From IMG/VR virus record IMGVR_UViG_3300020048_000037: DNA of 64,000 nt. One strand, written 5' to 3'. Source of the stretch: an uncultured virus (IMG/VR IMGVR_UViG_3300020048_000037). Lineage: Duplodnaviria > Heunggongvirae > Uroviricota > Caudoviricetes. The notes under the pieces were generated by a model. That model searched no databases. It saw only the letters and a list, made by a program, of their open reading frames with translations, and had not been told where the DNA came from. This document shows positions 11,090-22,578 of this stretch, piece after piece. Both the position numbers and the translations under genes were made by a program. Within the stretch, counting starts at the first letter, position 1. Each line of letters opens with the position of its first letter.

Positions 11090-11310
11090 ATTATTACAGG
11101 TATTTATTTCTGCTATGGCATACTTCAGTTCTTTTTTGGATCCCTCTGTAACTTAGACCTTGCAATCTTTTTAGTCCTGTGCCGAACTTGCTAACTTTTT
11201 TCAGTGGCATCGTAGTTCCACTTCGGCTTACTAGTAGTATTTTATAATATCACCAAGACAGTATGATATCGCTTGTTATTATTCTCAACATGTGAGCAGT
11301 TATGATATTA
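11090..11310 (-). ncRNA. Candidate structured ncRNA, family unknown; strand inferred from operon direction
   Basis: ORF-free, GC-enriched, several stems (GCCGAA/TTCGGC, GTGG/CCAC, ATATCA/TGATAT, TTACAG/CTGTAA, CTGCT/AGCAG). Confidence 0.45.
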
Positions 11311-11334
11311 TAATTTAAAACTATAATAATCTAT

Positions 11335-11568
11335 TTAATCATTATTTAGTTGTAAAAGTTTTAATTTTCTATATTCCTGTAATGTTACAAATTTATGGTA
11401 TTTTTCTGAATATCTAACTTTTTCATCTTCATTAAAATGATAAAAAATAATATTGTTAGTATATGTTATACGAGATATTTTTATTGGTACTAATATAGGT
11501 ATACAATAATTAACAATTATTGGTTTAATATGGTATAAACAAACAACAATTTCTCCTTCTTTTAACAT
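11335..11568 (-). CDS. RKxKL-tail family small protein
   Basis: MLKEGEIVVC...FVTLQEYRKLKLLQL. Confidence 0.75.
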   Translation of the reverse strand: MLKEGEIVVCLYHIKPIIVNYCIPILVPIKISRITYTNNIIFYHFNEDEKVRYSEKYHKFVTLQEYRKLKLLQLNND

Positions 11569-11789
11569 GATTCATTTAATTGTAATAGTTTTTGTTTTCT
11601 ATATTCTTTTAATGTCATAAATATATTAAAATTTTCACAATACCAAATATTATCTTCTCTAAATTTATAAAAATAAGTATCATTAATTATTGATACTATA
11701 TCAATTTTAATTTTAGTAAAAAGTGGTAATTTATATGAAGCTGAATCATGATAAGTACAAACAACAATATCATCTTTATTAAATCTCAT
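11562..11789 (-). CDS. RKxKL-tail family small protein
   Basis: MRFNKDDIVVC...FMTLKEYRKQKLLQL. Confidence 0.75.
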   Translation of the reverse strand: MRFNKDDIVVCTYHDSASYKLPLFTKIKIDIVSIINDTYFYKFREDNIWYCENFNIFMTLKEYRKQKLLQLNESC

Positions 11790-12097
11790 CTGTTTATTTT
11801 TTTAATTTTTTTACTTCTTATATATTTTTCAATAACTTTAATATCAAAAAGTTCTAGTAATTCTCCATCTAGGAATTTATTAGGATTACTATAATATTCC
11901 CAATCATCACACCAATTTTCTAATGATAAATCTCTCATATTTACTCCAAAAAATTTTTCATTTTTCATAACATAAATTCTATTATTTGCGATACCTACAA
12001 AAACAACTTCGTCTCCAAGATATGAACGATCACCAGAATGAGATCTTTTCATTCTAACAATTCTATCACCTTTTTTGAAATTTGAAATATGGCTCAT
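11786..12097 (-). CDS. RKxKL-tail family protein (IExYIR subtype)
   Basis: FKKGDRIV...DIKVIEKYIRSKKIKKI. Confidence 0.7.
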   Translation of the reverse strand: MSHISNFKKGDRIVRMKRSHSGDRSYLGDEVVFVGIANNRIYVMKNEKFFGVNMRDLSLENWCDDWEYYSNPNKFLDGELLELFDIKVIEKYIRSKKIKKINR

Positions 12098-12100
12098 TTT

Positions 12101-12592
12101 TTAAAATTTTGTAGTCCAATTAGGATCTGGTAAATAATTATCTTCTTGATATTTTAACAATAATTTATAAATTGGTTCCCAATCTGTATATGGATCAAAT
12201 GCAGCTTTATCATCTATTAGAACATTGAAATACATTTTTTGTTCATAGAATCCAAAGTTACCATTATTAGATGATATGTTTGGATTTTCATTTATTGTAT
12301 CAAAAAATATACTATATTTAGTAAATTCTCTTACATAATTATCAATTTCTTGCTTATATGATGATGTCCACATAATTAAATGAATATCATCTCTATTTGC
12401 TAGTAATTGCAATACTTCTTTTGCATAAGGATAAAATTCTATAGATTTATCATTCAAATTATAACTTGGTTTAATTACAGTTGAATGTAAATCTATTAAC
12501 CAATAAGTTTCATACCATTCTTTTTTAAAAGAATTAATAAATACTTTATTGATATACTTTGTCATTGATGTTGTTAGATAATCGTCATACAT
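12101..12592 (-). CDS. HAD-superfamily hydrolase-like protein
   Basis: IDLHSTV motif I variant, WTS, IDDKA. Confidence 0.55.
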   Translation of the reverse strand: MYDDYLTTSMTKYINKVFINSFKKEWYETYWLIDLHSTVIKPSYNLNDKSIEFYPYAKEVLQLLANRDDIHLIMWTSSYKQEIDNYVREFTKYSIFFDTINENPNISSNNGNFGFYEQKMYFNVLIDDKAAFDPYTDWEPIYKLLLKYQEDNYLPDPNWTTKF

Positions 12593-12600
12593 AGTTTTAA

Positions 12601-13087
12601 TTATTCAAATGGTTCTATTATTTTTTTAATATATTTAGCAGGTATATCAACTTCACAACATAAATGATTTCTATTGGATGATTGATCTTGATTTGAAAAG
12701 TTATCATCATAAAAAATAATATTATCTTTAATCAATTCTTGTGTATCAAGTACAACTATATATGAGTCATCATAATATCTAAACATATCTTCAGTTGTGT
12801 GATTTATAGGATATGAGAAAAATAACATTCCAGTATTTATAAGNNNNNNNNNNACTTATTATTGTTACGTTACCTAAAGAGTCTAATGTTGATAACATTC
12901 CAGTATTTATAAGTGATTTATATGCTGGTTTATTTATTTTTAAACCATTTACTTTAATATCTTCAACTCTATCTTCAGTAGTTACATGATATAATATATC
13001 ATATTTACTAATATTATGCTCAGTAAATTCTTCTTCAAATGTTTCATCAGTAAATGGTGATGTAAATTGTTTTTTCATATTAATCAA
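12601..13087 (-). CDS. ADP-ribosyltransferase/Tpt1-fold candidate, split by N gap
   Basis: LYHVT..I...GL at N-terminus, DIPAKYI at C-terminus; duplicated sequence around the gap. Confidence 0.35.
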
Positions 13088-14175
13088 TTCTATAATCTAA
13101 ATCTAATCCAACTTTATTACAATAATCTTCAAATTCAATTGAATAATCAGTACCATATTTTTCAATTAATTCATTACTATTATCTGACATACCGTCACAA
13201 ACAGCAATATAACCTTCAAGTACACCATTATCTACATATTCTGCAACATATAAATTCCCACATGGTACATTATATCTATTTGAAAAAATTTCAAAATGAT
13301 GTAATACAATATTAATTGCTTCCACACTATTTTTAATGTGTTTTTTATAAAATATATCTAGAGTATCAAGAATCATATATAAATTTTTTGCATCATTATA
13401 TGATATAATCATATAATCTTTAATTTCTTCTTTCATTTTATTTTTTATTGTTGTTTAATTTTTCTAATTTTTTATTGTTAATAAACTCTTCAATATCTTT
13501 AATATTTATATCTTTAATATTTTCAAATTTTTTTGAAGATAAATAAAATGCGATTAAATCATTTTCTAAATCATTTAATTTTTTATCTAATGTTAACAAT
13601 TTCATTTTTCTAACATACAATTCAACTAATCTAAAATCAATAGAACTAAGTTTTTTATTAATTGAAAATTTTTCAATTTTAAGTCTAATTAATTTTTGTG
13701 ATATTTCATTGCAATCATCATCAGCTATACCCCAATATAATGCANNNNNNNNNNATAATGCACCACCCATGCTATCTCTAATAGTTCTTGCTTTTGATAA
13801 GAAAATCTCACCTTGCTCAATTGTATCAAAATTTAAATATTCTTGTAGATAATTCATATTTGTTATTTATTTGATGTTTTAAAATCCAATTTTGTACCAT
13901 GTAATTTTTCAAAAATATATCTATCTAAATTCCAAGAATGTAAAAATTTCTTCCATTTTTTAGATAATATATTATAGTCATTTTTTGTTAAATGTGAATT
14001 ACATTTGGTATAATCCATTATATTTAACCAATGTGGATTTACTATAATATTCATCTCAATAGATTTGTCTATCATAAACTTCAAATAAAGTTCTTCAGCA
14101 TTATCTACATCTACTTGCCACACATTTTGTATGTGATTATAGTCATCTGAATATTTATTTGTAATATAAATCATA

Positions 14176-14793
14176 TTATTTGTATAAATTGTGTTCTAAA
14201 ATATATGTATCAACAAAACCAGGTACGAATGTACTAATATTTTTTGAATTTCTAATATCATTTCTTATTTTTGTTGAAGATAATGACGATATTTTAATAT
14301 CAGTTAATAATATAGTTTCTTTGTGTATTATTACACCTTCATTTAGTAGTTCTAATCTTTTAACTTTGAATTGTTCTATATTTGATTCTTTATTAAAATC
14401 TCTTGGCAAAACAATAAAAGGATATTGTTCACATATAAGTTTATAATCTTTCCATTTATCAAATTCTTGCCAGATATCTAATCCCATTATCATATAATAG
14501 TTAGTATCAACATTTTCATTTTTTAATGCATTTAATGCATTTATAGTATAGGAAGGAACTGGTAATTTACTTTCAATTGTATTTACTGTAATATTATCAT
14601 AATCAGAGACAGCTATTTCACACATTTTACATCTATCTTCATAATTTGCTAAATCATGTTTAAATGGATTTTGTGGAGATACAACAAATTGTACTTCATC
14701 AATATAATCTAAAGAAGATATATAATCTGCAATATATAAATGAGTATTATGAATTGGATTAAAAGAACCAAAATATAAAGCGATATTTTTCAT
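14176..14793 (-). CDS. nadD: Nicotinate/nicotinamide mononucleotide adenylyltransferase
   Basis: YFGSFNPIHNTH, SPQNPFK, PSYTIN, MGLD..W, SSTKIR. Confidence 0.9.
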   Translation of the reverse strand: MKNIALYFGSFNPIHNTHLYIADYISSLDYIDEVQFVVSPQNPFKHDLANYEDRCKMCEIAVSDYDNITVNTIESKLPVPSYTINALNALKNENVDTNYYMIMGLDIWQEFDKWKDYKLICEQYPFIVLPRDFNKESNIEQFKVKRLELLNEGVIIHKETILLTDIKISSLSSTKIRNDIRNSKNISTFVPGFVDTYILEHNLYK

Positions 14794-16995
14794 TTAATTA
14801 TTTTTTGTGTTCATCATAGTAATTTGCGAGAATGAATGCTATTATTAACAAAAAAGAAACAGTGAAAACAAATAAACCACAACTTAAAAACAATTCAAAT
14901 ATTGTTAATAAATTAGAACCAAATACTAATGCTATAATGAAAAGTCCTAACCATGTTAATAAAAAATTATACTTAAGTTCCAAAAAAATGACTAACGATA
15001 TTGATAATACTTTTTTTATTACTAATAATATTTCTTTTATTTTTTTCATATTTATATTTTTTATTTTAATTTATTATAATCTTCAAGAAATTTTACATTT
15101 TTAATATTTCTCAAACATTCATTACAATCAATATTAGTACACAAATAAATATTATAATCATTATATGGACAAGATCTATATGATTTGTCTATTGTTAATG
15201 CAGGAATTGGAATAAAAAATAATTTATCAATTTCTGAAGCATAATATTTTAAAGGTGTATAATTCATTTATTTATTTATTTATTTATTTATTTAATAAAT
15301 ACAAAGATAGTAAAAATATTATTATAATTTAAACTATTATGTAATATTAACTAATAATTTCAATTGCTTTTAAAATTGCTGGTATTCTAGCTTTATATTT
15401 ATCTTCATATAAAGGTAATTTTAAATCTATTAACGAATCTATAATATCTTGATAATTATAACTTATATTTGTATAAATATACCAACACCAACCTTTTCCT
15501 GCACCACAATTCATATAATTGGTTTTAATATCAATTTTATGTTTCAATAAAAACCAATCTTCAACTTGCTGCCAAAGTGGTGCAGCTATTCCAATATAAT
15601 GAACACTTTTTGGATTATCAAATGATACTATTATATTTTTAATAGACATATCAATAATAAATTCATTAGTTACTATAACTTCTTCTGATTCAAAATAGCC
15701 GAAGCAAGGAAAATCAAAACCTAAATCATGAAGTTTATATGCAATATAATAAGGCACAAAATTAGTTTCATTTATTATATTATAAGGTATTATACCATTT
15801 TATATTTTCAACCAACTGAACCCATATATCTACTATTGTATATAATGTGCTTTTAATATCTAACTCATCACAATATTTTGTATATTCATCCCTATTATTT
15901 TTTATTTTTTCATCAAATTGATCTAATAAGTCCCATTTTTTACAAACTGGTATTAATAAATCAAATGATGAATTAAAATATAAGTGTAAAATATTATCAC
16001 TAAAATCTTCTGGTGACAAATAATTTGCAATACGATCTAAATGTAATAATGCGTCATCATACCCATTATTCCACTCTGATTCTGATATGAGATATAAATT
16101 AGATTCAGAATCATATGTTATTCCTATAAAATTAGCAATAATATCATTTCCTTCAGATATATTATTTTTCATATTATTTTTATTTAATTTTTGTACTTTG
16201 CTTTTAACTTTTAAATTTATTTAATTTATAAATTACTTCTATTTTATTATACTCGTCACGAATATAAAAATATAAATTATCTTCACAGATATAAACACAT
16301 AATGTGTAATTATTAGCATAAAAACATTCTAAACTATGATTAATATCATATTCTTCTTTTTTATCATTATAATAATCATAAATTATATTATTTTTATTAT
16401 TTGTAGATAATATAATAATATGTTTAGACTTATCAATAACTAATTGACCTTCTATATTTTGCCAAGGTTGCCACTTGTTCATAATATAACATGAATCGTA
16501 TTTATAGTTGTCTATTTTAACTTTGACACTTAGAATATTATAATTTTCAATTGAATATACAGTTGAAAAAAAACTAAACATTAATATAATAAGAAATATA
16601 ATTTTTTTCATATTAATCTTCTATTTCACCATATGATTCATTGATATCAACATCAGGTTCTAATATTGTTGATTCATCTACTTCAATTTCAGGAATTTCA
16701 TGTTTTACATAAGAAGGAATTCCAATATTTTCTACACCTACACAATAAGTTGCTTTTTCCATATTTTTATTTATTTATTTATATTTTATTTTTATTTATT
16801 TGTTTATATTTATCACCTTCTTTAATCATATTATTAAATAAACCAATCCAATATATTAAAAATATTACAGTAAATATATTATAAAATATACTTGTGCTTA
16901 TACCTAATACTTCTAAAAAAAGATTAGTTATCAAATTGTATGTCATTAACAATAATAACGAGAAAACAATTAATAGTTTTATATTTTTTTTCATT

Positions 16996-17400
16996 CTAAC
17001 TATTTTTTAAAACTTTGTTGCAAATTTCTTTCCAATCTATTGTTATGTCGTTATGAATACACATGACATCAGTTTCATCATTAATAAATTCCATTGCAAT
17101 ATCATCATCATCTAAATGCCAAATAAAATCAGTTTTTTTAATAAAAAATTTATATTTATCTGTCATATTCATAAAATGAATATTATCTTTACAAATTCCC
17201 AATTTTTTAGCAACGTCAAATAAATAATCATTAGAATATGCACAATTAGAAGTTTCTTCAAATCTATCAGTAACAATATGAACTTCAATACCATTTTCAA
17301 TTAATGATAATGCATATTCTTGAATTTCTATTTTTGATAATGTACTATCAAAATCAAATGATACTTTAAGTTTTTTATTCATTTTCATCAGATGGTGCAA
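16996..17400 (-). CDS. HAD-like phosphatase
   Basis: SFDFDSTL (DxD), VT, HLDDD. Confidence 0.6.
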   Translation of the reverse strand: MHHLMKMNKKLKVSFDFDSTLSKIEIQEYALSLIENGIEVHIVTDRFEETSNCAYSNDYLFDVAKKLGICKDNIHFMNMTDKYKFFIKKTDFIWHLDDDDIAMEFINDETDVMCIHNDITIDWKEICNKVLKNS

Positions 17401-17540
17401 CTAATGCCATTATTAAATATGGTAAAAAAGTATAGCTGAAAAATATAACCATCAATATTCTAATTATTATAACATCTACATCTACATAATTTGATATACC
17501 TGAACACACACCAAATATAATACCATTTTTTCTATCTAAT

Positions 17541-17789
17541 TTAAATTTTTTCATATTTTTTCAATTTTTTTAATTTCTTTTTTCTATATTCAGATACTGT
17601 GAGAAAATCTTCTTTTCTATATTTATAATTAATGTGTTCTTCTAATTCAACATATTCAACATTTTCTTTAAAGTTATATGAAATATAACAAGATTTTAAT
17701 GTATATTCCTTATTTACATATAATCTTGGTGTTGAATCAAATGCGGTTCTCTTATTACGAATACAAAATATTTTAGTTCCTATATTCAT
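17541..17789 (-). CDS. RKxKL-tail family small protein
   Basis: MNIGTKIFC...FLTVSEYRKKKLKKL. Confidence 0.75.
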   Translation of the reverse strand: MNIGTKIFCIRNKRTAFDSTPRLYVNKEYTLKSCYISYNFKENVEYVELEEHINYKYRKEDFLTVSEYRKKKLKKLKKYEKI

Positions 17790-17800
17790 GTTCTTGAATT

Positions 17801-18304
17801 CTAATTATTTATATATTTTAATTTATTTTGAATTTTATTTAATGATTTTAATATAAATTCATCAGACATATCAGGTTTAGCATATATATCTTCTGTTATT
17901 TTTGGTATAGAATCTGTATGTTTTATAGTATCATAAGTCAACAACAATTTATTATTTTTTGATGCAATAACATTTCTAATATTTTCAATCATTTCATTGA
18001 CGTATATTTGTTGCTCCAACATTTTTTTTGAATATCTTTTTTCTCTAGATAATAAACTATCTGTACAATTTTGATTATCTGAAATTAATATACTGTCAAG
18101 TTTATCAATTCTAATTTGTAAATTATTAATTTTTATTTGTTGAGAAACTATCGTTTTACTTAATTGTTCAGGATCTTTATTTGTTTCTTTTATATAAACA
18201 ATTCCAAGTGAGATAATTGCACTGACAACTAACAATAATAAAAGAACAAAAACTTTTTGTGTAGTTGTAAATTGTGCAAGTATATCTGAAAAATATTTAA
18301 ACAT
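17801..18304 (-). CDS. Membrane-anchored coiled-coil protein
   Basis: Hydrophobic segment at about residues 18-37 followed by heptad-rich region. Confidence 0.5.
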   Translation of the reverse strand: MFKYFSDILAQFTTTQKVFVLLLLLVVSAIISLGIVYIKETNKDPEQLSKTIVSQQIKINNLQIRIDKLDSILISDNQNCTDSLLSREKRYSKKMLEQQIYVNEMIENIRNVIASKNNKLLLTYDTIKHTDSIPKITEDIYAKPDMSDEFILKSLNKIQNKLKYINN

Positions 18305-18362
18305 ATTTGATTGATTTTAATTGTTATTTTTAAATGAATAAATCCACAATATAATATATCGA

Positions 18363-18394
18363 CAAAGATATAATTATATTATGGATTTACCAAA
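18363..18394 (-). promoter_or_regulatory. Bacteroidota-type sigma promoter
   Basis: TTTG-N20-TATCTTTG. Confidence 0.7.
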
Positions 18395-18703
18395 TAATTA
18401 TATGATTATTTAATTATTTTAATGATTCAAAAAAGTCTTTTTCTTCATCACAAACATACCATTTTTCACATTTATAATCAAGATAATCAATAAATCTAAC
18501 ATTTTTATCTATGACTTTCTCTAATTTACAAACACCAGATGAAGCGTAAAAATGTTTAAAGTTTTTACAAGTACAACAACAATCTAATGTCATAATTCTT
18601 TCATTGCGTGCATCTTCCTCTGTGTATTCTGGAATTATTTGATTAGGTATATCAAACTCAAAGTTAAAGTCTAAATCGTTCATGTTGTGATTTATTAGTT
18701 TAG

Positions 18704-18789
18704 GGAGAAATGTAGGATTCGAACCTACAATTAAAGTTTTATAAAACGCTTTTTTGGCTATTGACGTTACCAATTAGTCTAATTTCTCC
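18704..18789 (-). tRNA. tRNA-like gene with aberrant anticodon arm (G-1:C73 as in tRNA-His)
   Basis: Acceptor GAGAAAT/ATTTCTC, D-arm GAC..TGG..GTC, T-arm GTAGG-TTCGAAT-CCTAC; no canonical anticodon stem; no encoded CCA. Confidence 0.7.
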
Positions 18790-18791
18790 AG

Positions 18792-18857
18792 TGTGAATTG
18801 TGTGAGTTGAACACACTTTTTTTTCATTGCTTTATTGGCTAAATCCCCGTAATTCAC
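18792..18857 (-). tRNA. Minimal tRNA-like element
   Basis: Acceptor GTGAATT/AATTCAC, T-arm GTGTG-TTCAACT-CACAC; D and anticodon arms degenerate. Confidence 0.55.
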
Positions 18858-18928
18858 ATATTTATTTTAATATACTAACAGTAAAAAATATTAATTAAGT
18901 ATATAACTTGATTAATATTTTTTATATG

Positions 18929-19026
18929 TAGTTAGAGCAGGACTCGAACCTGCAAAAGAAATTAATCTCTGAGCAACCTCATAAATAGGACTTTTACCTA
19001 AACGTCTACCATTCCGTCACCTAACT
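18929..19026 (-). tRNA. tRNA-like gene, Leu-type D arm, irregular anticodon arm and two extra hairpins
   Basis: Acceptor AGTTAGG/TCTAACT, D-arm ACGGAATGGTAGACGT, T-arm GCAGG-TTCGAGT-CCTGC; 98 nt. Confidence 0.7.
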
Positions 19027-19029
19027 ATC

Positions 19030-19240
19030 TCCACCTGAGAATACGATGAATAAAGTAACCGATGTTTTTTTACTTTGAAAAAAACTTCTTAATCGTCTTA
19101 CCGAACAAAAAAAAGTCACCTAGATGGTAGAACTGGTAAATTCTATAAATCCATCTGTACAATTATCAAGATATAGTACAATAACCTGCATATTTTACGA
19201 ACATATGCTGAAACCTCAAGCATCATCTTACTTACTAGAT
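19030..19240 (-). ncRNA. Candidate structured ncRNA directly upstream of the tRNA-like cluster
   Basis: Stems GCATAT/ATATGC, TGTAC/GTACA, AGATGG..TAGAA/TTCTA..CCATCT, GT7/A7C, closing CCTGAG/CTCAAG. Confidence 0.5.
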
Positions 19241-19555
19241 TGAATATTAACTCAATAATATACAATCAAACATATATATAAATATTTGTTTGTTTGTTAA
19301 ATCTAATTTAATATACAACTATTTTTTAATCAATTGTTTACAATATAAAAACATTATTCTATAAAGTTTCTTTTTTTATTAAGAATTCAACAATATCATC
19401 ATTCAAATATTCTGTTGATTCAATTTTATCTCCTGCTGCGGAATGTTTTTTTCCTAATTTATATGCATTTTGTAGCATATCGTCTTTTGGTACATTAGAA
19501 AAATTAATTTCATCATTGAATCCTAGTAAATAAAATTCTAGTAATCTATCTTTTT

Positions 19556-19759
19556 TCATGTTTTATTAATTTTATCAAGTTTTTCTTTTCTTAATTCTTT
19601 CTTATCATAATATAAAAAAGTATGTAATAAACGACCGTTAGAATTTATCGACTGAGAAAATTGTTTAATATCAACTCCAGTTTTTAGCCAACTATTAATA
19701 GCTTCTTCAAGTCTATCAATTGATCTAAAATTTATTTCTTGAAATATTTTTATTTTCAT
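19556..19759 (-). CDS. RKxKL-tail family small protein
   Basis: ends KELRKEKLDKI. Confidence 0.65.
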   Translation of the reverse strand: MKIKIFQEINFRSIDRLEEAINSWLKTGVDIKQFSQSINSNGRLLHTFLYYDKKELRKEKLDKINKT

Positions 19760-19763
19760 GATA

Positions 19764-20483
19764 TTAAATTTCTAAAATGAGGCATTCTTTTGGTAATGCA
19801 TCAATATATGTAACTGAAGATTTATATAGAGGATGCTCAGTTTTTTTGATACCATCAGTGTGAGTATGTCCAACTATTTGATGATAATTCTTTAATGATT
19901 TCATCCAAGTTTCAGATTTATCAGCCCATAATGGACCACCAATCTTTTTTGTACCTCTTCTTTTAAATCCACAATCAACTAAACAAGTCATTTCAAATTC
20001 TAATGCTAAATTTAATTTATCTGCTATATTATAATTTTCAACAGATAAATCATATTTATCAACATATACTTTAAATTCTCTTAGAAATTTTTGATACCAG
20101 CCAATATGAATACCAGCATGTGTCCAAATATAGTTTTCATATTGATAAGCAATCTGAAATAATCTAAAATTACTTTTAAAAATTGTATGTAAATCAAAAT
20201 GAATTTCTGCTCTATATCCTGTTGAATAACATAAAATTTCCATTTCAAATGGTCTAATAGCATACTGATAATCATGATTACCCAATAATAAAATAACCTT
20301 ATCAGGATATTCTTTTTTGAATTCAATTATTTCTAATAGATTAGATATTATTTCAGTGTTGCTAATATCATAATCATCTACATAATCACCAACAAAAATA
20401 ATCTTATCATACATAGAAGGGTCCTTTACAAAATCTTTCCATATATTATGTCCATGTATATCACCTATACTTAAAACTTTCAT
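19764..20483 (-). CDS. Calcineurin-like metallophosphoesterase
   Basis: GDIHG, GDYVD, GNHD, THAG, GHTH motifs. Confidence 0.9.
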   Translation of the reverse strand: MKVLSIGDIHGHNIWKDFVKDPSMYDKIIFVGDYVDDYDISNTEIISNLLEIIEFKKEYPDKVILLLGNHDYQYAIRPFEMEILCYSTGYRAEIHFDLHTIFKSNFRLFQIAYQYENYIWTHAGIHIGWYQKFLREFKVYVDKYDLSVENYNIADKLNLALEFEMTCLVDCGFKRRGTKKIGGPLWADKSETWMKSLKNYHQIVGHTHTDGIKKTEHPLYKSSVTYIDALPKECLILEI

Positions 20484-22028
20484 ATTTTGTTATTTTGTTT
20501 TTTTTAATATATCATTATAATTATATGAACTTCTTTTAATAATATTAGCGGAAATAATATTAGCAGAATCATCAATTTCAAATTCTGTTATTTCAAGACT
20601 ATCAACAATAGTATCTATATCTTTACTATTTTCAATATCAACAATCATTTTTACTATTACTTCTATTTCTACTCTTTTCATTATATTTCTATATAATTAT
20701 CTTTTAAAAAACTCTCAGAGTAATGCCATAATGGTATACGTTGAGTTGTATCAAAAATGATATATTCTCCTTTATTTTTCTTTTTGACAATATTAACTAT
20801 ACAACTAAGATCAAGACATTTTATTTCCATCATTATATCACTATAATAAATTGCTTTTAAATTACTATTGTGTTCTAAATTATACAGTTTGACTCCTTCA
20901 TTTATTTCATCAATAGTTGACTTACCACCAGTCCAATAAAAAACTAAGACTTCATTTTTTTTCTTATACGTTTTCATTGAAATTAAATCTTTAAATTGTT
21001 ATTTCCTTTACCGTTACTTCTGTTTTTCCGTTAATAGCATTCATTCTTTCTGTTAATGAAATATCATGTTCCATTGAGTGTTCTAAGTGATTTATATCAC
21101 GATAACTATCACTATCTAATACAACTTCGATACCAAATTCTTTGAGTGCTTTAACAATTGCTAATGTAATTGTAGATTTACCAATTGCTGTTGCTCCTTC
21201 AATTTTAACTGTAATATTGTTTTTATTCATGCTTATTTGTTTTTATATTTTATAGTAAATATATCAAAATTTGTTTTTTATTTTTGTCCATATCTTATAA
21301 TTCCCCTTTTAATTAATGTTAAATATACAAATTCATCAACGTATGATAATTTACATTTTCTATGACCATCTTGTAATGATATTCTTACAAGTTTTAAATA
21401 ATATCTAAAATGTGTATTATATTTAGTTAGATTATTATAATATATTATCAATAATCTATGATTAAACTTAATATGAAAATTTTGAAAGTAGTAATTATCA
21501 TATACATATCTATGTATATTTTCAATATGTAAATATAATAATATTTTAAATATACTATATTCTCTTTTTTTGTTCATTTATATCTATTTTTCTATTATTT
21601 ATCTTTATAACAAGAGATATAAATTCTGAAATAGAATCATCTGTTATATTTACATGATTTTTATAAATGGGATTATCATACTTACTACTGAAAAAATAAC
21701 AAAAATCATTCTTCTTGATTTCTATAAATATAGTTTCATTATATTTATTCATCCAAATTAAATTAATGATACCTTCTGTTGAGTAATATTCAACAAGATT
21801 AGTAATAAAACTGTCCCCAAGTCTTTCTATTAAACATAATGTATTTGAAATAGAATGCTTAATTTCTGGTGTGAAATTGTTATTATCAATCTTATTGTAA
21901 TTTTTTATTGTGCCAATTATTGCATTTAAGTTTTTCATATCTTATAATTATTGGTTTTTATAGATACAAAGATATTAAAAAATTGTTACACTTAAAATTA
22001 TTTTATAATTATTTAACACAAATAAACA

Positions 22029-22526
22029 TTATTTATCTGTTATTATTTTAGCAAATGTGGAATCATTTTTAATTTTATTAATAAGTTCTTCTCCAGTCAT
22101 ATTTTTTGCTTCTTCAAGAATCTTATTTTTTTGTGAATTTACATTAAGTTTAACATCTGCCTCCTCTGCAAATTGTTCCAATTTAACATCAACAAACTGT
22201 AATACCTTATGAGGTATCTGTTTTGAGATTGAATCGTTTGCTAAATAGTTTGCTGTTGCTCCACCTGCAATAATAAATAGTGCATCTTTTTGTGATGGTG
22301 TGAAAATATAAAGAGACCAAAAAAATATCATAAATGGATATGACCAAAACATCCATTTTGTTGCAACTCTTCTATCTTCTGGTGATTCTTTACTATCGCC
22401 TAAATTAAATAAATAACCTAATGATGAGATAAATGCCAAAAACGTGAAAATGCACACAAAAACCACAAAAAAAGTCTTTGCATTGTCGGCTACAGTTAGC
22501 CAATAAAAAATTGTTGTGTAATTCAT
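22029..22526 (-). CDS. Membrane protein (two TM segments)
   Basis: Two hydrophobic helices followed by a soluble tail. Confidence 0.55.
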   Translation of the reverse strand: MNYTTIFYWLTVADNAKTFFVVFVCIFTFLAFISSLGYLFNLGDSKESPEDRRVATKWMFWSYPFMIFFWSLYIFTPSQKDALFIIAGGATANYLANDSISKQIPHKVLQFVDVKLEQFAEEADVKLNVNSQKNKILEEAKNMTGEELINKIKNDSTFAKIITDK

Positions 22527-22578
22527 AATTTTTAATTTTTAATTATTATTTAATTGTTTTAATTTTATTTTTATATTA

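Noticed and set aside
11090..11310. Assignment as RNase P RNA, tmRNA, hammerhead or vault RNA
   Set aside because: Only short fragments match (CGGCTTA, CTGAAG). The required conserved cores are not present, and no link to the MVP gene can be shown from sequence.
12820..12915. Direct repeat ATAACATTCCAGTATTTATAAG flanking an N run (similar short duplication at 13737-13762)
   Set aside because: It sits across scaffold gaps and is most likely an assembly overlap artefact.
15266..15294. (ATTT)n microsatellite
   Set aside because: Low-complexity intergenic tract expected in very AT-rich DNA.
18684..18773. N-terminal extension of ORF 18414-18773
   Set aside because: It overlaps the tRNA-like gene (GSNP is the translated T-arm). 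The real start is more likely ATG at 18683.
20991..21230. P-loop kinase (GATAIGKST)
   Set aside because: It has a Walker A-like motif, but 79 aa is too short for a full NTPase domain, so no function is assigned.
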